A DNA stretch of 64,000 bases from Aridibacter sp. (lineage in GTDB: Bacteria > Acidobacteriota > Blastocatellia > Pyrinomonadales > Pyrinomonadaceae). The notes beneath the pieces were generated by a model that worked only from the letters and a program-made list of their open reading frames with translations, had not been told where the DNA came from and ran no database searches. Positions within the stretch are counted from its first letter, which is position 1. The number at the start of each line of letters is the position of its first letter. Where the stretch lies: NCBI GenBank assembly GCA_041576495.1, contig JBFGKW010000002.1, forward strand, positions 5,541-69,540. Reading direction: 5' to 3'. Made by a program: the position numbers and the translations under genes. Of the stretch, positions 1-9,188 are shown piece after piece.

Positions 1-194
1 TCGAGAACTTCAATTGCTTTTCTCGCATTATCAAGGTCTCCCCGGTCTCTATAGAGTAAGGCCGCTTGCGTAAGTGCGCCTCCCGGATCAACGACGACCG
101 TCGCAAGGCGCGCGTGCTCCGTATGCCCCGAAGTGCAGGAAATGGAAAGGAAAATCAAGAATGTGACAAGAAACTGAAGTGTGCGTATGTACAT
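1..194 (-). CDS. Partial CDS (first 64 codons; continues past the window start): putative lipoprotein or secreted protein
   Basis: Not in the supplied track because it runs off the edge. The reverse complement of 1..194 starts with ATG (194..192) and reads MYIRTLQFLVTFLIFLSISCTSGHTEHARLATVVVDPGGALTQAALLYRDRGDLDNARKAIEVL without a stop. It has a hydrophobic signal-like N-terminus ending in a lipobox-like LSISC. Confidence 0.4.
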   Translation of the reverse strand, partial: MYIRTLQFLVTFLIFLSISCTSGHTEHARLATVVVDPGGALTQAALLYRDRGDLDNARKAIEVL

Positions 195-326
195 TGTAAT
201 TACAAATTTGGGAAAATCTATCATTTTCTGTGAAATCTCCGTTCTTTTCCGCTTTCAAGGTTACCAAATGTTTGAATCTCTGCTATATTTCTAATTCAAA
301 CTAAGTGCTGAATCATTTTATCCATA

Positions 327-1001
327 ATGGCAAAGAAATCACAAGCGGCATCGTTTTATGATCTCGAGGGGACACTGGTCGGAACCAATCTTGTGCACAC
401 GCTCGGTTTTTATGCTCGGCGGCAACAGGGACTTTTCTCTACGATTCGAAAAAGCGTCACCACGGTTGCAAAACTTCCGATGTTTGGCGTCGCAGACCTC
501 TATAGCCGCAATGTTTTTAACGAGTTTTTTTTTCAGAGTTACAAAGGGGAATCCGAAGATCGGCTGCGGTATTTTGCAGATGAGCTTTTTGAAGATGTCC
601 TAAAGCCGGCGATTTATGAAGGCACGCCGGATCTGATCGAAAAATCCAAAAAGCTGGGTCATAAACAAATCGTCGTGACCGGGGCCTTGGATTTTAGTGT
701 GGCGCCGCTGGCCAATCATTTGGGAATCGATGTGTTTGCAGCCAATCGTCTGGAATTCGTAAACGGGTACGCCACCGGTAGACTGCTTCCGCCGGTTATG
801 GCGTCGGCCACCAAAGCGACCTGGATTCGTGAATATGCCGAAGAAAACGATATCAACTTGAGCAATTCATATGCTTATTCGGACAGCATTTCGGACCTTC
901 CGATGCTTTCAATTGTCGGACATCCAGTGGCGATTAGCCCCGACTTCCGGCTGAGACAGACGGCGCTTCAGCATGATTGGGCGATTTTAGATTTAACTTA
1001 A
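327..1001 (+). CDS. HAD-superfamily hydrolase, subfamily IB (SerB/PSPase-like)
   Basis: 224-aa ORF. HAD motif I reads FYDLEGTLV (nt 354..380), with Glu at the Asp+2 position. Also present are VVTGA (motif II), a Lys in SATKATW (motif III) and YSDSISDLPML (motif IV). It is the first gene of a five-gene same-strand block. Confidence 0.8.
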   Translation: MAKKSQAASFYDLEGTLVGTNLVHTLGFYARRQQGLFSTIRKSVTTVAKLPMFGVADLYSRNVFNEFFFQSYKGESEDRLRYFADELFEDVLKPAIYEGTPDLIEKSKKLGHKQIVVTGALDFSVAPLANHLGIDVFAANRLEFVNGYATGRLLPPVMASATKATWIREYAEENDINLSNSYAYSDSISDLPMLSIVGHPVAISPDFRLRQTALQHDWAILDLT

Positions 1002-1005
1002 ATTT

Positions 1006-1965
1006 ATGAGAAAACTAAATGTATTGATTGTGGCAGCATTACCGATGATTTTGTTGTCCTTGATCCCTCGATCAGAAGCTCTTAAGGCATTCAATGGCAA
1101 CGAAGGCATCCCGTTTTCAAGTGTTATCGATTCTCAGCGGCTGATCGAAGATGTCAGATACTTGTCATCCGACGAATTGAAGGGTCGCGAAGCGGGGACG
1201 AACGAAAGCATCGTCGCCAGAGATTATGTTACAAAGAGATTCAAGCAGTCTGGAATTGAATTTCTTGAAAAGGACTATATACAAGAATTCTCGTTTAAGG
1301 ACGGACGAAATAATACCATCCAGGCTGCCAACGTAGTCGGTTTGATCAAAGGGAATTCTGAGCCCGGCAAATTCATAGTCATTTCCGCCCATTACGACCA
1401 TTTGGGAACAAGAAACGGCCAAATATACAACGGTGCAGACGACAATGCCTCGGGAACGGCTGCTCTTTTTGCAGTAGCCAAATACTTTAATGACAATTCG
1501 CCAAATTATTCATTAATCTTCGCGGCATTTGATGCAGAAGAGAAAGGCTCGCCGGGTGCGGTCCACTTTCTTCGCAACATGCCGCAAAATGGAGAGAATA
1601 TTGTCCTCAACATTAATCTGGATATGATTTCCCGTAGCGATAAAAACGAACTTTACGCTGCCGGCACCTATCATTACCCGGCCTGGAAAAAATATTTAGT
1701 TAGGCTTAAAGGCGCCGCTCCGGTGACATTGTTGTTCGGACACGACCGCCCTGAGCTGAAAACCGACGACTGGACAACCCAATCCGACCACCGGATATTT
1801 CATCAAAACAATATTCCATTTATATATTTTGGCGTCGAAGATCACGACGACTACCACAAGCCGACTGATGATTTCGATAGGATCCAACCGCAATTTTATA
1901 TAAACGCCGTTGAAACGATCCTGATGGCGGTTAAATCGATTGATGCGAACTACAAAAAGCACTAA
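1006..1965 (+). CDS. M28-family metallo-aminopeptidase, secreted
   Basis: 319-aa ORF with a hydrophobic signal-like N-terminus. M28 metal-ligand pattern: [31 protein letters not shown], and a C-terminal DYHKPTDD. It starts 4 bp after the HAD-IB stop. Confidence 0.85.
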   Translation: MRKLNVLIVAALPMILLSLIPRSEALKAFNGNEGIPFSSVIDSQRLIEDVRYLSSDELKGREAGTNESIVARDYVTKRFKQSGIEFLEKDYIQEFSFKDGRNNTIQAANVVGLIKGNSEPGKFIVISAHYDHLGTRNGQIYNGADDNASGTAALFAVAKYFNDNSPNYSLIFAAFDAEEKGSPGAVHFLRNMPQNGENIVLNINLDMISRSDKNELYAAGTYHYPAWKKYLVRLKGAAPVTLLFGHDRPELKTDDWTTQSDHRIFHQNNIPFIYFGVEDHDDYHKPTDDFDRIQPQFYINAVETILMAVKSIDANYKKH

Positions 1966-1988
1966 TCCGCAGATTAAGAGAAAATAGC

Positions 1989-3590
1989 ATGGCATTGCAA
2001 CTGCGAAGAAAAACACACGAATCAGTCGTTTATATCGACCGCGACTCGGCGCCGAGAATTATGCCGTTCGGGGAAGATTTTATTCTCGAGGATATCCCGG
2101 TCGGCACCCGCGTTATCTATCCAAACCCACCGATCAAGGGACTCCCAAACCGGGAAGCCGCGATTCGATACGCCGTAAACAAACCGATCGGGACGAAACC
2201 GCTTTATGCGCAGCTGGAGCCGGGATTGAAAGTGACAATCGCGATGGATGATATCTCACTTCCGCTTCCCCCGATGGCAACCCCGGATGTTCGCCAGACA
2301 ATGCTTGAAGTGGTATTGGATATGTGCCACGCGAACGGCGTCGACGACATTCATCTGATCATTGCCAATTCGCTTCATCGCAAGATGACCGAATGGGAAA
2401 TGAAGCGGATGGTGGGTTCGCGGATTCACAACGCATTCTACCCCGACCGCTACTACAATCATGATGCCGAAGACGATGACGGCTTGGTAACAATTGGACA
2501 TACCGGCCATAACGAGCCGTTGCGCATCAACCGGCGCTGCGTGGAAAGTGATTTACTTATTTATCTGAATATTAATCTTGTTCCGATGGACGGCGGACAT
2601 AAATCGGTCGCCGTCGGCCTTTGCGATTACGAGTCGCTGCGGGCCCACCATGAGCCGCAGACCATTATCGATTCCGATTCCTATATGTACCCGCCGGATT
2701 CCGACCTTAACCACAAGGTTCATCGACTGGGGAAACTGGTTGATGAGCATATGAATGTTTTTCACATTGAGACCGCCTTAAACAACCGCATGTTTGGCGA
2801 AGGGTACGATATCCTCACCCGTAATGAGGATGAGTTTGATTTCACCGACCGCCTGAAATGGGAAACTATGAAAAAGATGTTTTCCAAGCTGCCGCGCGGG
2901 GCCAGGCGGAAACTGCTTCATAAAATACCGGCCCAGTACGAGGTAATCGGATGTTTCGCAGGCGAAACCGAAAAGGTTCACGAGAAGATTCTGGAAAAGA
3001 ACTACGAGCAGTATATTGTCCCCATTAAGGGCCAGTGCGACATAATGATTACGGGAATTCCGGATATTTCTCCCTATAACGTTTATTCGGCATTAAATCC
3101 GCTGCTGGTTCAGGTGATGGCGCTCGGATATCACTTCAACATGTACAAAAACAAGCCGCTCTTAAGAAAAGACGGAGTCATGATCGTGACACATCCTTGC
3201 TTTGACGAGTTTGATCACGATTTCCATCCGAGTTATATAGAATTTTTCCACCGGCTGCTGCCTGAATCCCGCGATGCATTTTTTCTGCGCGAAAAATACG
3301 AACGTGAGTTTGCAGAAAACCCCGCTTACATTGAGATGTACCGTCGGGGAAACGCCTATCACGGAGCGCACCCGTTTTTTATGTGGTATTGGGGAGAAAA
3401 CGGCAGGCAGCACGTTGGCAAGGTAATAGTCGCGGGCGCGGAAAATGCACATGTGCCCGAGTTATTAGGCTGGGAACGAGCGGACAATCTGACCGAAGCG
3501 ATAGCGATGGCGCGAAGTTATAAGGGAAGAAATGCCGAAATCACGATGCTTCATCAACCGGTGATCGGTTTGGCCGAGGTAACCGATTGA
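1989..3590 (+). CDS. LarA-like / DUF2088 (lactate-racemase N-terminal domain family) protein
   Basis: 533-aa ORF whose N-terminal half resembles the DUF2088/Lar_N family. It contains DGGHK (nt 2589..2603; Lys205), reminiscent of the SGGxK lysine motif of LarA, with an HH pair 15-16 residues downstream. This is recognition from memory; no alignment was run. Confidence 0.65.
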   Translation: MALQLRRKTHESVVYIDRDSAPRIMPFGEDFILEDIPVGTRVIYPNPPIKGLPNREAAIRYAVNKPIGTKPLYAQLEPGLKVTIAMDDISLPLPPMATPDVRQTMLEVVLDMCHANGVDDIHLIIANSLHRKMTEWEMKRMVGSRIHNAFYPDRYYNHDAEDDDGLVTIGHTGHNEPLRINRRCVESDLLIYLNINLVPMDGGHKSVAVGLCDYESLRAHHEPQTIIDSDSYMYPPDSDLNHKVHRLGKLVDEHMNVFHIETALNNRMFGEGYDILTRNEDEFDFTDRLKWETMKKMFSKLPRGARRKLLHKIPAQYEVIGCFAGETEKVHEKILEKNYEQYIVPIKGQCDIMITGIPDISPYNVYSALNPLLVQVMALGYHFNMYKNKPLLRKDGVMIVTHPCFDEFDHDFHPSYIEFFHRLLPESRDAFFLREKYEREFAENPAYIEMYRRGNAYHGAHPFFMWYWGENGRQHVGKVIVAGAENAHVPELLGWERADNLTEAIAMARSYKGRNAEITMLHQPVIGLAEVTD

Positions 3591-3623
3591 GGAATTTGCG
3601 AAAATATACGGGCATCACCACAG

Positions 3624-6600
3624 ATGAAATTATCACCAACAGCGATTTATAAAAATAAGATTATCTTCTTTATCGGCGGAACCGGGTTTGTCGGAAAGGT
3701 GACGCTGTCGATGCTACTGAATAATTTTCCGGACATCGGTAAGGTCTATGTCATCGTCCGTGCAAGAAACGAAGAAGAATCGCTTAACCGATTCTGGAAT
3801 AGTGTAGTAACTTCACCTACTTTCGATCCGTTGCGGGAAAAATACGGGGACGGTTTTGAGGATTTTATTCGAACCAAGGTTGAGTCGGTGAACGGCGATG
3901 TCTCAAGTGACTTTCTTGGAATGACGGAAGAGAGGGCCCGGGAAATTATGTCGGATTGCGATGTGATCATTAACTCTGCGGGCAATGTCACCTTTAATCC
4001 GCCGCTTGAAAGCGCATTGCGGACCAACGTCGTCGGGACGAATAACGTGTTAGGTCTGTCGAGAATGATGAACCGACCCTGCCTGGTGCATGTTTCTACT
4101 TGTTTTGTGGCAGGAAAGCGGAGCGGATCAATTTGGGAAAATGAACCCGTAGTCGGATATTTTCCGAGAAAAAATGAGCTGGTCGGAACAACGTTTGACG
4201 TAAACAGGGAAATCGAAGACTGCGCACGAATCTCTGAACAGGCACGCCAGGAGGCGGATGATGCGGTTAATATCGCCAAATTCCGGGAACTCGCGCGGAC
4301 CCGGCTGCGCGAAGAGGGAAGGGATCTGGATGACGAACGGGCGGTTAGTTCGGCCGTTTTTCGCGAACGCAAGATGTGGATCCGTGAACGGACTACCGAG
4401 CTTGGCGAAGAGCGCGCCGATTATTGGGGGTGGACGAATATTTATACATATTCGAAGTCTCTCGCCGAACAAATCGTGGCACAGCAGGATGACATCGTGA
4501 AGGTTCTGGTCCGTCCTTCGATAGTCGAATCTTCCGTCAAATATCCGTTTCCGGGTTGGAACGAAGGATTCACTACCACCGCGCCGCTGATCTTGATTGC
4601 CCTTCGCGGGCAGCCCTTGATTCCCGTTAACGAAAAGCTGGTGCTGGACATCATTCCGGTCGATATGGTTGCCGGGGCAATGCTCGGAGCAGCAATGGAA
4701 GCGATGGAAAACGATCAGCCGCCGCTTGTTTTCCAGGCCGCTACGGGCGATTCGAATCCGAATGATATGAAGCGAATCACCGGACTTGTCGGGCTCTACA
4801 AACGCCAGCATTTCAGGGAAAAAGAGACCGGAAATGCGATCGTCAACCGCGTTCACAAGATGATTGAAACATCTCCCGCAACCCAAAAAGCATACGAACG
4901 GACATCGGCACCGATGCTAAACAATTTGGCTAAACGGACCAATCGTTTGCTTGATAAGGCAACTCCGGAATGGGGCGGGGGAAGAATCGGAAATATTGTC
5001 GCTGATTTAAAGAAATCGGTCGATGAGTTTGAGCGGACGACGAATGAAACGATGGAGGCATTTGCTCTGTTCAAGCCATTCATGGTTGATCACGAATACA
5101 ATTACCGTTCGGATCATGTCAGGGAGTTGATGTCAAAAATCAAAAAAAGCGAGCAGCCTCTTTTGCCCTGGTACCCGGAAACCCTGGACTGGTACGAGTA
5201 CTGGCTCAAAATTCATTTTCCCGGATTACGAAAATGGGTACTGCCGCAGCTTGAAGAAGACTTAAAGGCAGTCGAGCGTAGGGATTATACTTACAAAGAT
5301 CTGGTCGATCTTTTCGACACTGCCACCAAACGATTCCCGACCAGAGTTTCGATGAAAATCGAACGCAACGGCCGTCTCGAGCAATACACCTATCAGGATG
5401 TCCGCGAGTTAACCTTGCGGGCCGCCGGGTTTTTTGCGGCCAAAGGCATCGAACCGGAGGACCGGGTGATGTTGTTTTCGCACAATATGCCCGAATGGGG
5501 TTTGAGCTATTTTGGAATAATCAAGGCCGGCGCGACCGCCATTCCGATCGATCCGGCCAGCTCGGTGGATGAGATTATGCGGTTTGCCAGGGCGGGTGAA
5601 GCGTCTGCAATCGTAATCAGTCCCAAGCTTCAGGAAGAAAATCCTGATTTGGCGGACCGGCTGAAAACAGAGAAATTAGGTGTCAAAGTATACAATTTTA
5701 ATGAAGTATTCGAGATGACATCCGAAACCGAAGAAGCAAAACGCTTGGCACGATTGCCGGACCGAATCGTTGCCACATCTCCGGCTTCCTTAATATTCAC
5801 ATCCGGGACGACCGGGTCTCCAAAAGCCGTAATGCTGTCACACAAGAATTTCACGAGCATGGTTTCGATGCTTTCGTCAGTTTTGGAAATGACCATCGAA
5901 GATGGGGTTTTATCTGTACTGCCGCTTCATCATACGTTCGAATTTTCTGCCGGTTTTCTGACCCCGTTTACCAACGGAACTCAGATCCGGTACCTCGAAG
6001 AATTGACCAGTGACGAACTCGCCCGGGCAATTGAAAAGGGACACGTCACCGGCATGGTCGGTGTTCCGGCGCTGTGGGAGATGCTTCACCGAAGAATTAA
6101 AAGCCGGCTCAGGGACAGGGGCGATTGGTTTGCCGATTTGGCCGATAACGTGATTGATTTCAATGCCTGGCTGCGGGACAACACGCCTTTTAATCTCGGT
6201 CCGGTAATTTTTTTCCCTATTCATGAAGGAATGGGCGGACGAATGCGCTATATGATATCGGGCGGATCGGCGCTCAGCGAAAAGGTACAAAAAGACTTGC
6301 ACGGTCTCGGATTCAATGTCCTCGAAGGTTACGGTTTAACCGAATCATCGCCGGTCCTGACGGTTGCCAGGCCGCAAAACGAACTCATCAGGGGAAGCGT
6401 TGGGAAACCGCTGCCGGGCGTTGAAGTGATGATTGATTCGCCGGATGAAAAGGGAGTCGGGGAAGTTCTCGCGCGCGGGCAGAACATAATGCTCGGCTAT
6501 TACAATAATGATCAGGCGACCGATGAAGTGATCGATGAAAACAGGTGGCTCCGGACGGGCGATCTGGGAAAACTGGACGAGGAAGGAAATCTCTTTATTG

Positions 6601-8045
6601 TCGGACGTTCAAAAGACGTGATTATCGATTCAAACGGGAAAAATATTTATCCGGATGAAATAGAAGACCTTTACGGAAAGTCCGATTTCATAAACGAATT
6701 ATCAGTAGTCGGGTATCCGGACGAAACCGGCGGCGAGAGAATCGCATGTCTCGTCGTTCCTGATTACGAGAAAGATATATCCCTGACCCGTGCAGCTACC
6801 AACAAGGAAGTAGAAAAACATTTCCGGGAAGTCTCGGCAACGCTTCCCTATTTCAAACGCGTTCAGCTTTTGCATTTGACGCCTTTTGAACTGCCGCGAA
6901 CCGCTACCCGCAAGGTCAAGCGGCCGGAAGTGGTCGAAATGATCGGGACGCTTGAAAACCGCGCAAAGAGCAAAACAAACAAAGTTGTCGAATCAAAAGG
7001 CGACGACAATGTTTTGTGGATTAGAAAAATCGTCGCGAGCGTTTCCGGCCGGTCGCTTTCTGAAGTCGCGTCAGATTCCCGTCTTAGCGATCTGGGATTC
7101 GATTCGTTGATGTTTGTCGAACTTCAAGCTGCGGTTGAAGACGGCGGCGGACGTGTCCTCTCTCCCGATGAGCTTGATGAAGTTCAGACCGTGAGGGAAC
7201 TTTTGACCATGGTTCAGAGGGTCGATAAATCAAAACACATCGCCGATGAACCCGGAGCCGAAAAAGGGGACGATGAAGAATTATATATCCCATCTCTCGT
7301 CAAAACCGTTGGCAACCAAGTTGTTACTTTTGCCCAGAAAATTCTCTACCAAAATATTTTGGAAACCAATATCGAGGGCAGGTCAAACGTGCCGTCTCAC
7401 GTCAACTTTATCGTCTCATCAAATCACGCATCTCATCTCGATATGGGGCTGCTGAAGTTTGCGCTGGGTGATGGGGTTGCCGAACAGACTGTGGCCGTTG
7501 CGGCGGCGGATTATTGGTTTGACACGAAATATAAGCGGGCCTATATGAACAATTTCACATCGCTTGTGCCGATCGAGCGGTCGGGCAGCCTGCGCCAATC
7601 ACTCCGTCACGTGACGCAGATTTTAAAAGAGGGATATAACTGTTTGATTTTTCCAGAGGGAACGCGCAGCTTGACCGGCGAAATGGCGGAATTCAAGCCG
7701 GTTATCGGTTATCTCGCTTTGAACAACAAGGTTGGTATCCTGCCGCTCTATTTGTGGGGAACGTTTGAAGCATTTCCGAAAGGAACGACGGTGCCGAAGG
7801 TCGAAAAAGTGGGCTCTAAAATCGGGGCGCGGGTCGGACGATTTTTGGAGTATGAAGAACTTGCCGAAATGGTTAAAGGAATTCCCAATACCGAGGCCTA
7901 TCGTTTAGTAGCTGCCAGGGTTCAGCACGAAGTAGAAAATATGCGGGATGGCCGGCGGGATAAGTTCGACATCAAGGCGGTCCGCAAGAAATGGAAAGCC
8001 GAACGACGTAAAACGAAGAAAATTGAGCCGGTTATCGATGAATAA
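3624..8045 (+). CDS. Four-domain lipid megaenzyme: fatty-acyl reductase (NAD_binding_4 type) / AMP-dependent acyl ligase / acyl carrier domain / PlsC-type acyltransferase (ElbD-like)
   Basis: 1473-aa uninterrupted ORF. Rossmann motif GGTGFVG (nt 3675..3695) plus YTYSK (YxxxK). AMP-binding core LIFTSGTTGSPK (5790..5828), with GYGLTE and TGDLG. Phosphopantetheine site LGFDS with Ser1161 (7104..7106). PlsC H(X)4D motif NHASHLD (7422..7442) and FPEGTR. Confidence 0.85.
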   Translation: MKLSPTAIYKNKIIFFIGGTGFVGKVTLSMLLNNFPDIGKVYVIVRARNEEESLNRFWNSVVTSPTFDPLREKYGDGFEDFIRTKVESVNGDVSSDFLGMTEERAREIMSDCDVIINSAGNVTFNPPLESALRTNVVGTNNVLGLSRMMNRPCLVHVSTCFVAGKRSGSIWENEPVVGYFPRKNELVGTTFDVNREIEDCARISEQARQEADDAVNIAKFRELARTRLREEGRDLDDERAVSSAVFRERKMWIRERTTELGEERADYWGWTNIYTYSKSLAEQIVAQQDDIVKVLVRPSIVESSVKYPFPGWNEGFTTTAPLILIALRGQPLIPVNEKLVLDIIPVDMVAGAMLGAAMEAMENDQPPLVFQAATGDSNPNDMKRITGLVGLYKRQHFREKETGNAIVNRVHKMIETSPATQKAYERTSAPMLNNLAKRTNRLLDKATPEWGGGRIGNIVADLKKSVDEFERTTNETMEAFALFKPFMVDHEYNYRSDHVRELMSKIKKSEQPLLPWYPETLDWYEYWLKIHFPGLRKWVLPQLEEDLKAVERRDYTYKDLVDLFDTATKRFPTRVSMKIERNGRLEQYTYQDVRELTLRAAGFFAAKGIEPEDRVMLFSHNMPEWGLSYFGIIKAGATAIPIDPASSVDEIMRFARAGEASAIVISPKLQEENPDLADRLKTEKLGVKVYNFNEVFEMTSETEEAKRLARLPDRIVATSPASLIFTSGTTGSPKAVMLSHKNFTSMVSMLSSVLEMTIEDGVLSVLPLHHTFEFSAGFLTPFTNGTQIRYLEELTSDELARAIEKGHVTGMVGVPALWEMLHRRIKSRLRDRGDWFADLADNVIDFNAWLRDNTPFNLGPVIFFPIHEGMGGRMRYMISGGSALSEKVQKDLHGLGFNVLEGYGLTESSPVLTVARPQNELIRGSVGKPLPGVEVMIDSPDEKGVGEVLARGQNIMLGYYNNDQATDEVIDENRWLRTGDLGKLDEEGNLFIVGRSKDVIIDSNGKNIYPDEIEDLYGKSDFINELSVVGYPDETGGERIACLVVPDYEKDISLTRAATNKEVEKHFREVSATLPYFKRVQLLHLTPFELPRTATRKVKRPEVVEMIGTLENRAKSKTNKVVESKGDDNVLWIRKIVASVSGRSLSEVASDSRLSDLGFDSLMFVELQAAVEDGGGRVLSPDELDEVQTVRELLTMVQRVDKSKHIADEPGAEKGDDEELYIPSLVKTVGNQVVTFAQKILYQNILETNIEGRSNVPSHVNFIVSSNHASHLDMGLLKFALGDGVAEQTVAVAAADYWFDTKYKRAYMNNFTSLVPIERSGSLRQSLRHVTQILKEGYNCLIFPEGTRSLTGEMAEFKPVIGYLALNNKVGILPLYLWGTFEAFPKGTTVPKVEKVGSKIGARVGRFLEYEELAEMVKGIPNTEAYRLVAARVQHEVENMRDGRRDKFDIKAVRKKWKAERRKTKKIEPVIDE

Positions 8046-8118
8046 ATTCGGGACGTTATTCTTCATCTGTTGCGCGGTCGCCTTCCGGACCCCGGGTTGA
8101 ATCGAATTGTAATTTGAG

Positions 8119-9153
8119 ATGGCGCGAAAAACAAAAGCATTAGCAAAGACACCAAAAAAAATCCTGATCACAGGCGGTACCGGATTTCTGGGGACTCATA
8201 TCGTCAAACAATTGCTTGATTCGGGCGAAAAGAATCTCAGAGTGATGGCGTCATCCGTACCCGGTTGGATGAAGGACCGCGGCGTGGAGGCGTGCCTGGG
8301 TTCGGTAACCAGGGAAGGAGATGTCGCCGGTGCGGTCAAGGGAGTATCGGCTATCTACCATCTGGCGGGTAAAGTTTCACGGGATAATGAAGACGCGGCT
8401 TTGATGAACCGGGTTCACGTTCAGGGAACCCGAATTTTGTGCGAAGCCGCTAAGGAGGCGGGTGTCAAGACTTTTGTAGTCGCATCTTCAAGCGGAACCA
8501 TCGCGGTCAGTGAAGACAAACAAGTCCTGGATGAAACTTTCCCGCCGCCGATGGATTTGATTTCGCGCTTTGCATATTACTCGTCAAAGTTTTATCAGGA
8601 AAAAACGGCGTTGGAGAATTTTGACGGAAAGGGACTAAAACTGGTTATCTTAAATCCTTCGTTGCTTCTCGGAACCGGAGATGAGCGGCTCAGTTCGACC
8701 AAGCCGGTTTTGGATTTTCTCGCGCGCAAGATCCCGTTTACGCCTTCGGGCGGATTGAATTTTGTGGATGCCAGAGACGCAGCTACCGCGTTTATCAACG
8801 CATCCGAAAAGGGAAAACACAAGGAGAAATATCTGGTCGGTGCTGAAAATATGAAGTTTGAAGAATTTTTCGGCAGACTCGAAAGATTATCAGGCGTTTC
8901 CGCTCCCTTGCTTCGGCTGCCGAAATCGATCTCCGTTGCAGGTGCAAATTTGGTTGATTCGTTCTTTAAGCACCGGAAAAAGACGCCGCCATTTGAAGCA
9001 AAAGAGGTCGAACAGGCCGAATTATTTTGGTATTTCAACTCGACAAAAGCCAAAGAAGAACTGGATTTTACCCCGAGGGATCCGCAGGAGACCTTAAACG
9101 ATACGATCAATTATCTGAGGAAGAATATCCTGGGTGAGGAAGTATTTGGTTAA
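8119..9153 (+). CDS. NAD-dependent epimerase/dehydratase-family (extended SDR) protein
   Basis: 344-aa ORF with ITGGTGFLGTHIV (GxxGxxG) and YYSSK (YxxxK). It is the last gene of the 327..9153 same-strand block. Confidence 0.85.
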   Translation: MARKTKALAKTPKKILITGGTGFLGTHIVKQLLDSGEKNLRVMASSVPGWMKDRGVEACLGSVTREGDVAGAVKGVSAIYHLAGKVSRDNEDAALMNRVHVQGTRILCEAAKEAGVKTFVVASSSGTIAVSEDKQVLDETFPPPMDLISRFAYYSSKFYQEKTALENFDGKGLKLVILNPSLLLGTGDERLSSTKPVLDFLARKIPFTPSGGLNFVDARDAATAFINASEKGKHKEKYLVGAENMKFEEFFGRLERLSGVSAPLLRLPKSISVAGANLVDSFFKHRKKTPPFEAKEVEQAELFWYFNSTKAKEELDFTPRDPQETLNDTINYLRKNILGEEVFG

Positions 9154-9188
9154 GTATATTTGTATCAGCGAATTCGTCTTGGTTACAT

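Noticed and set aside
3746-4886. Long minus-strand ORFs (3746..4372, 208 aa; 4128..4886, 252 aa) inside the megaenzyme gene.
   Set aside because: They are fully antisense to an ORF with clear domain motifs. Their translations are low-complexity (Ser/Arg/Pro/Leu-rich) with no motifs, which is typical of shadow ORFs.
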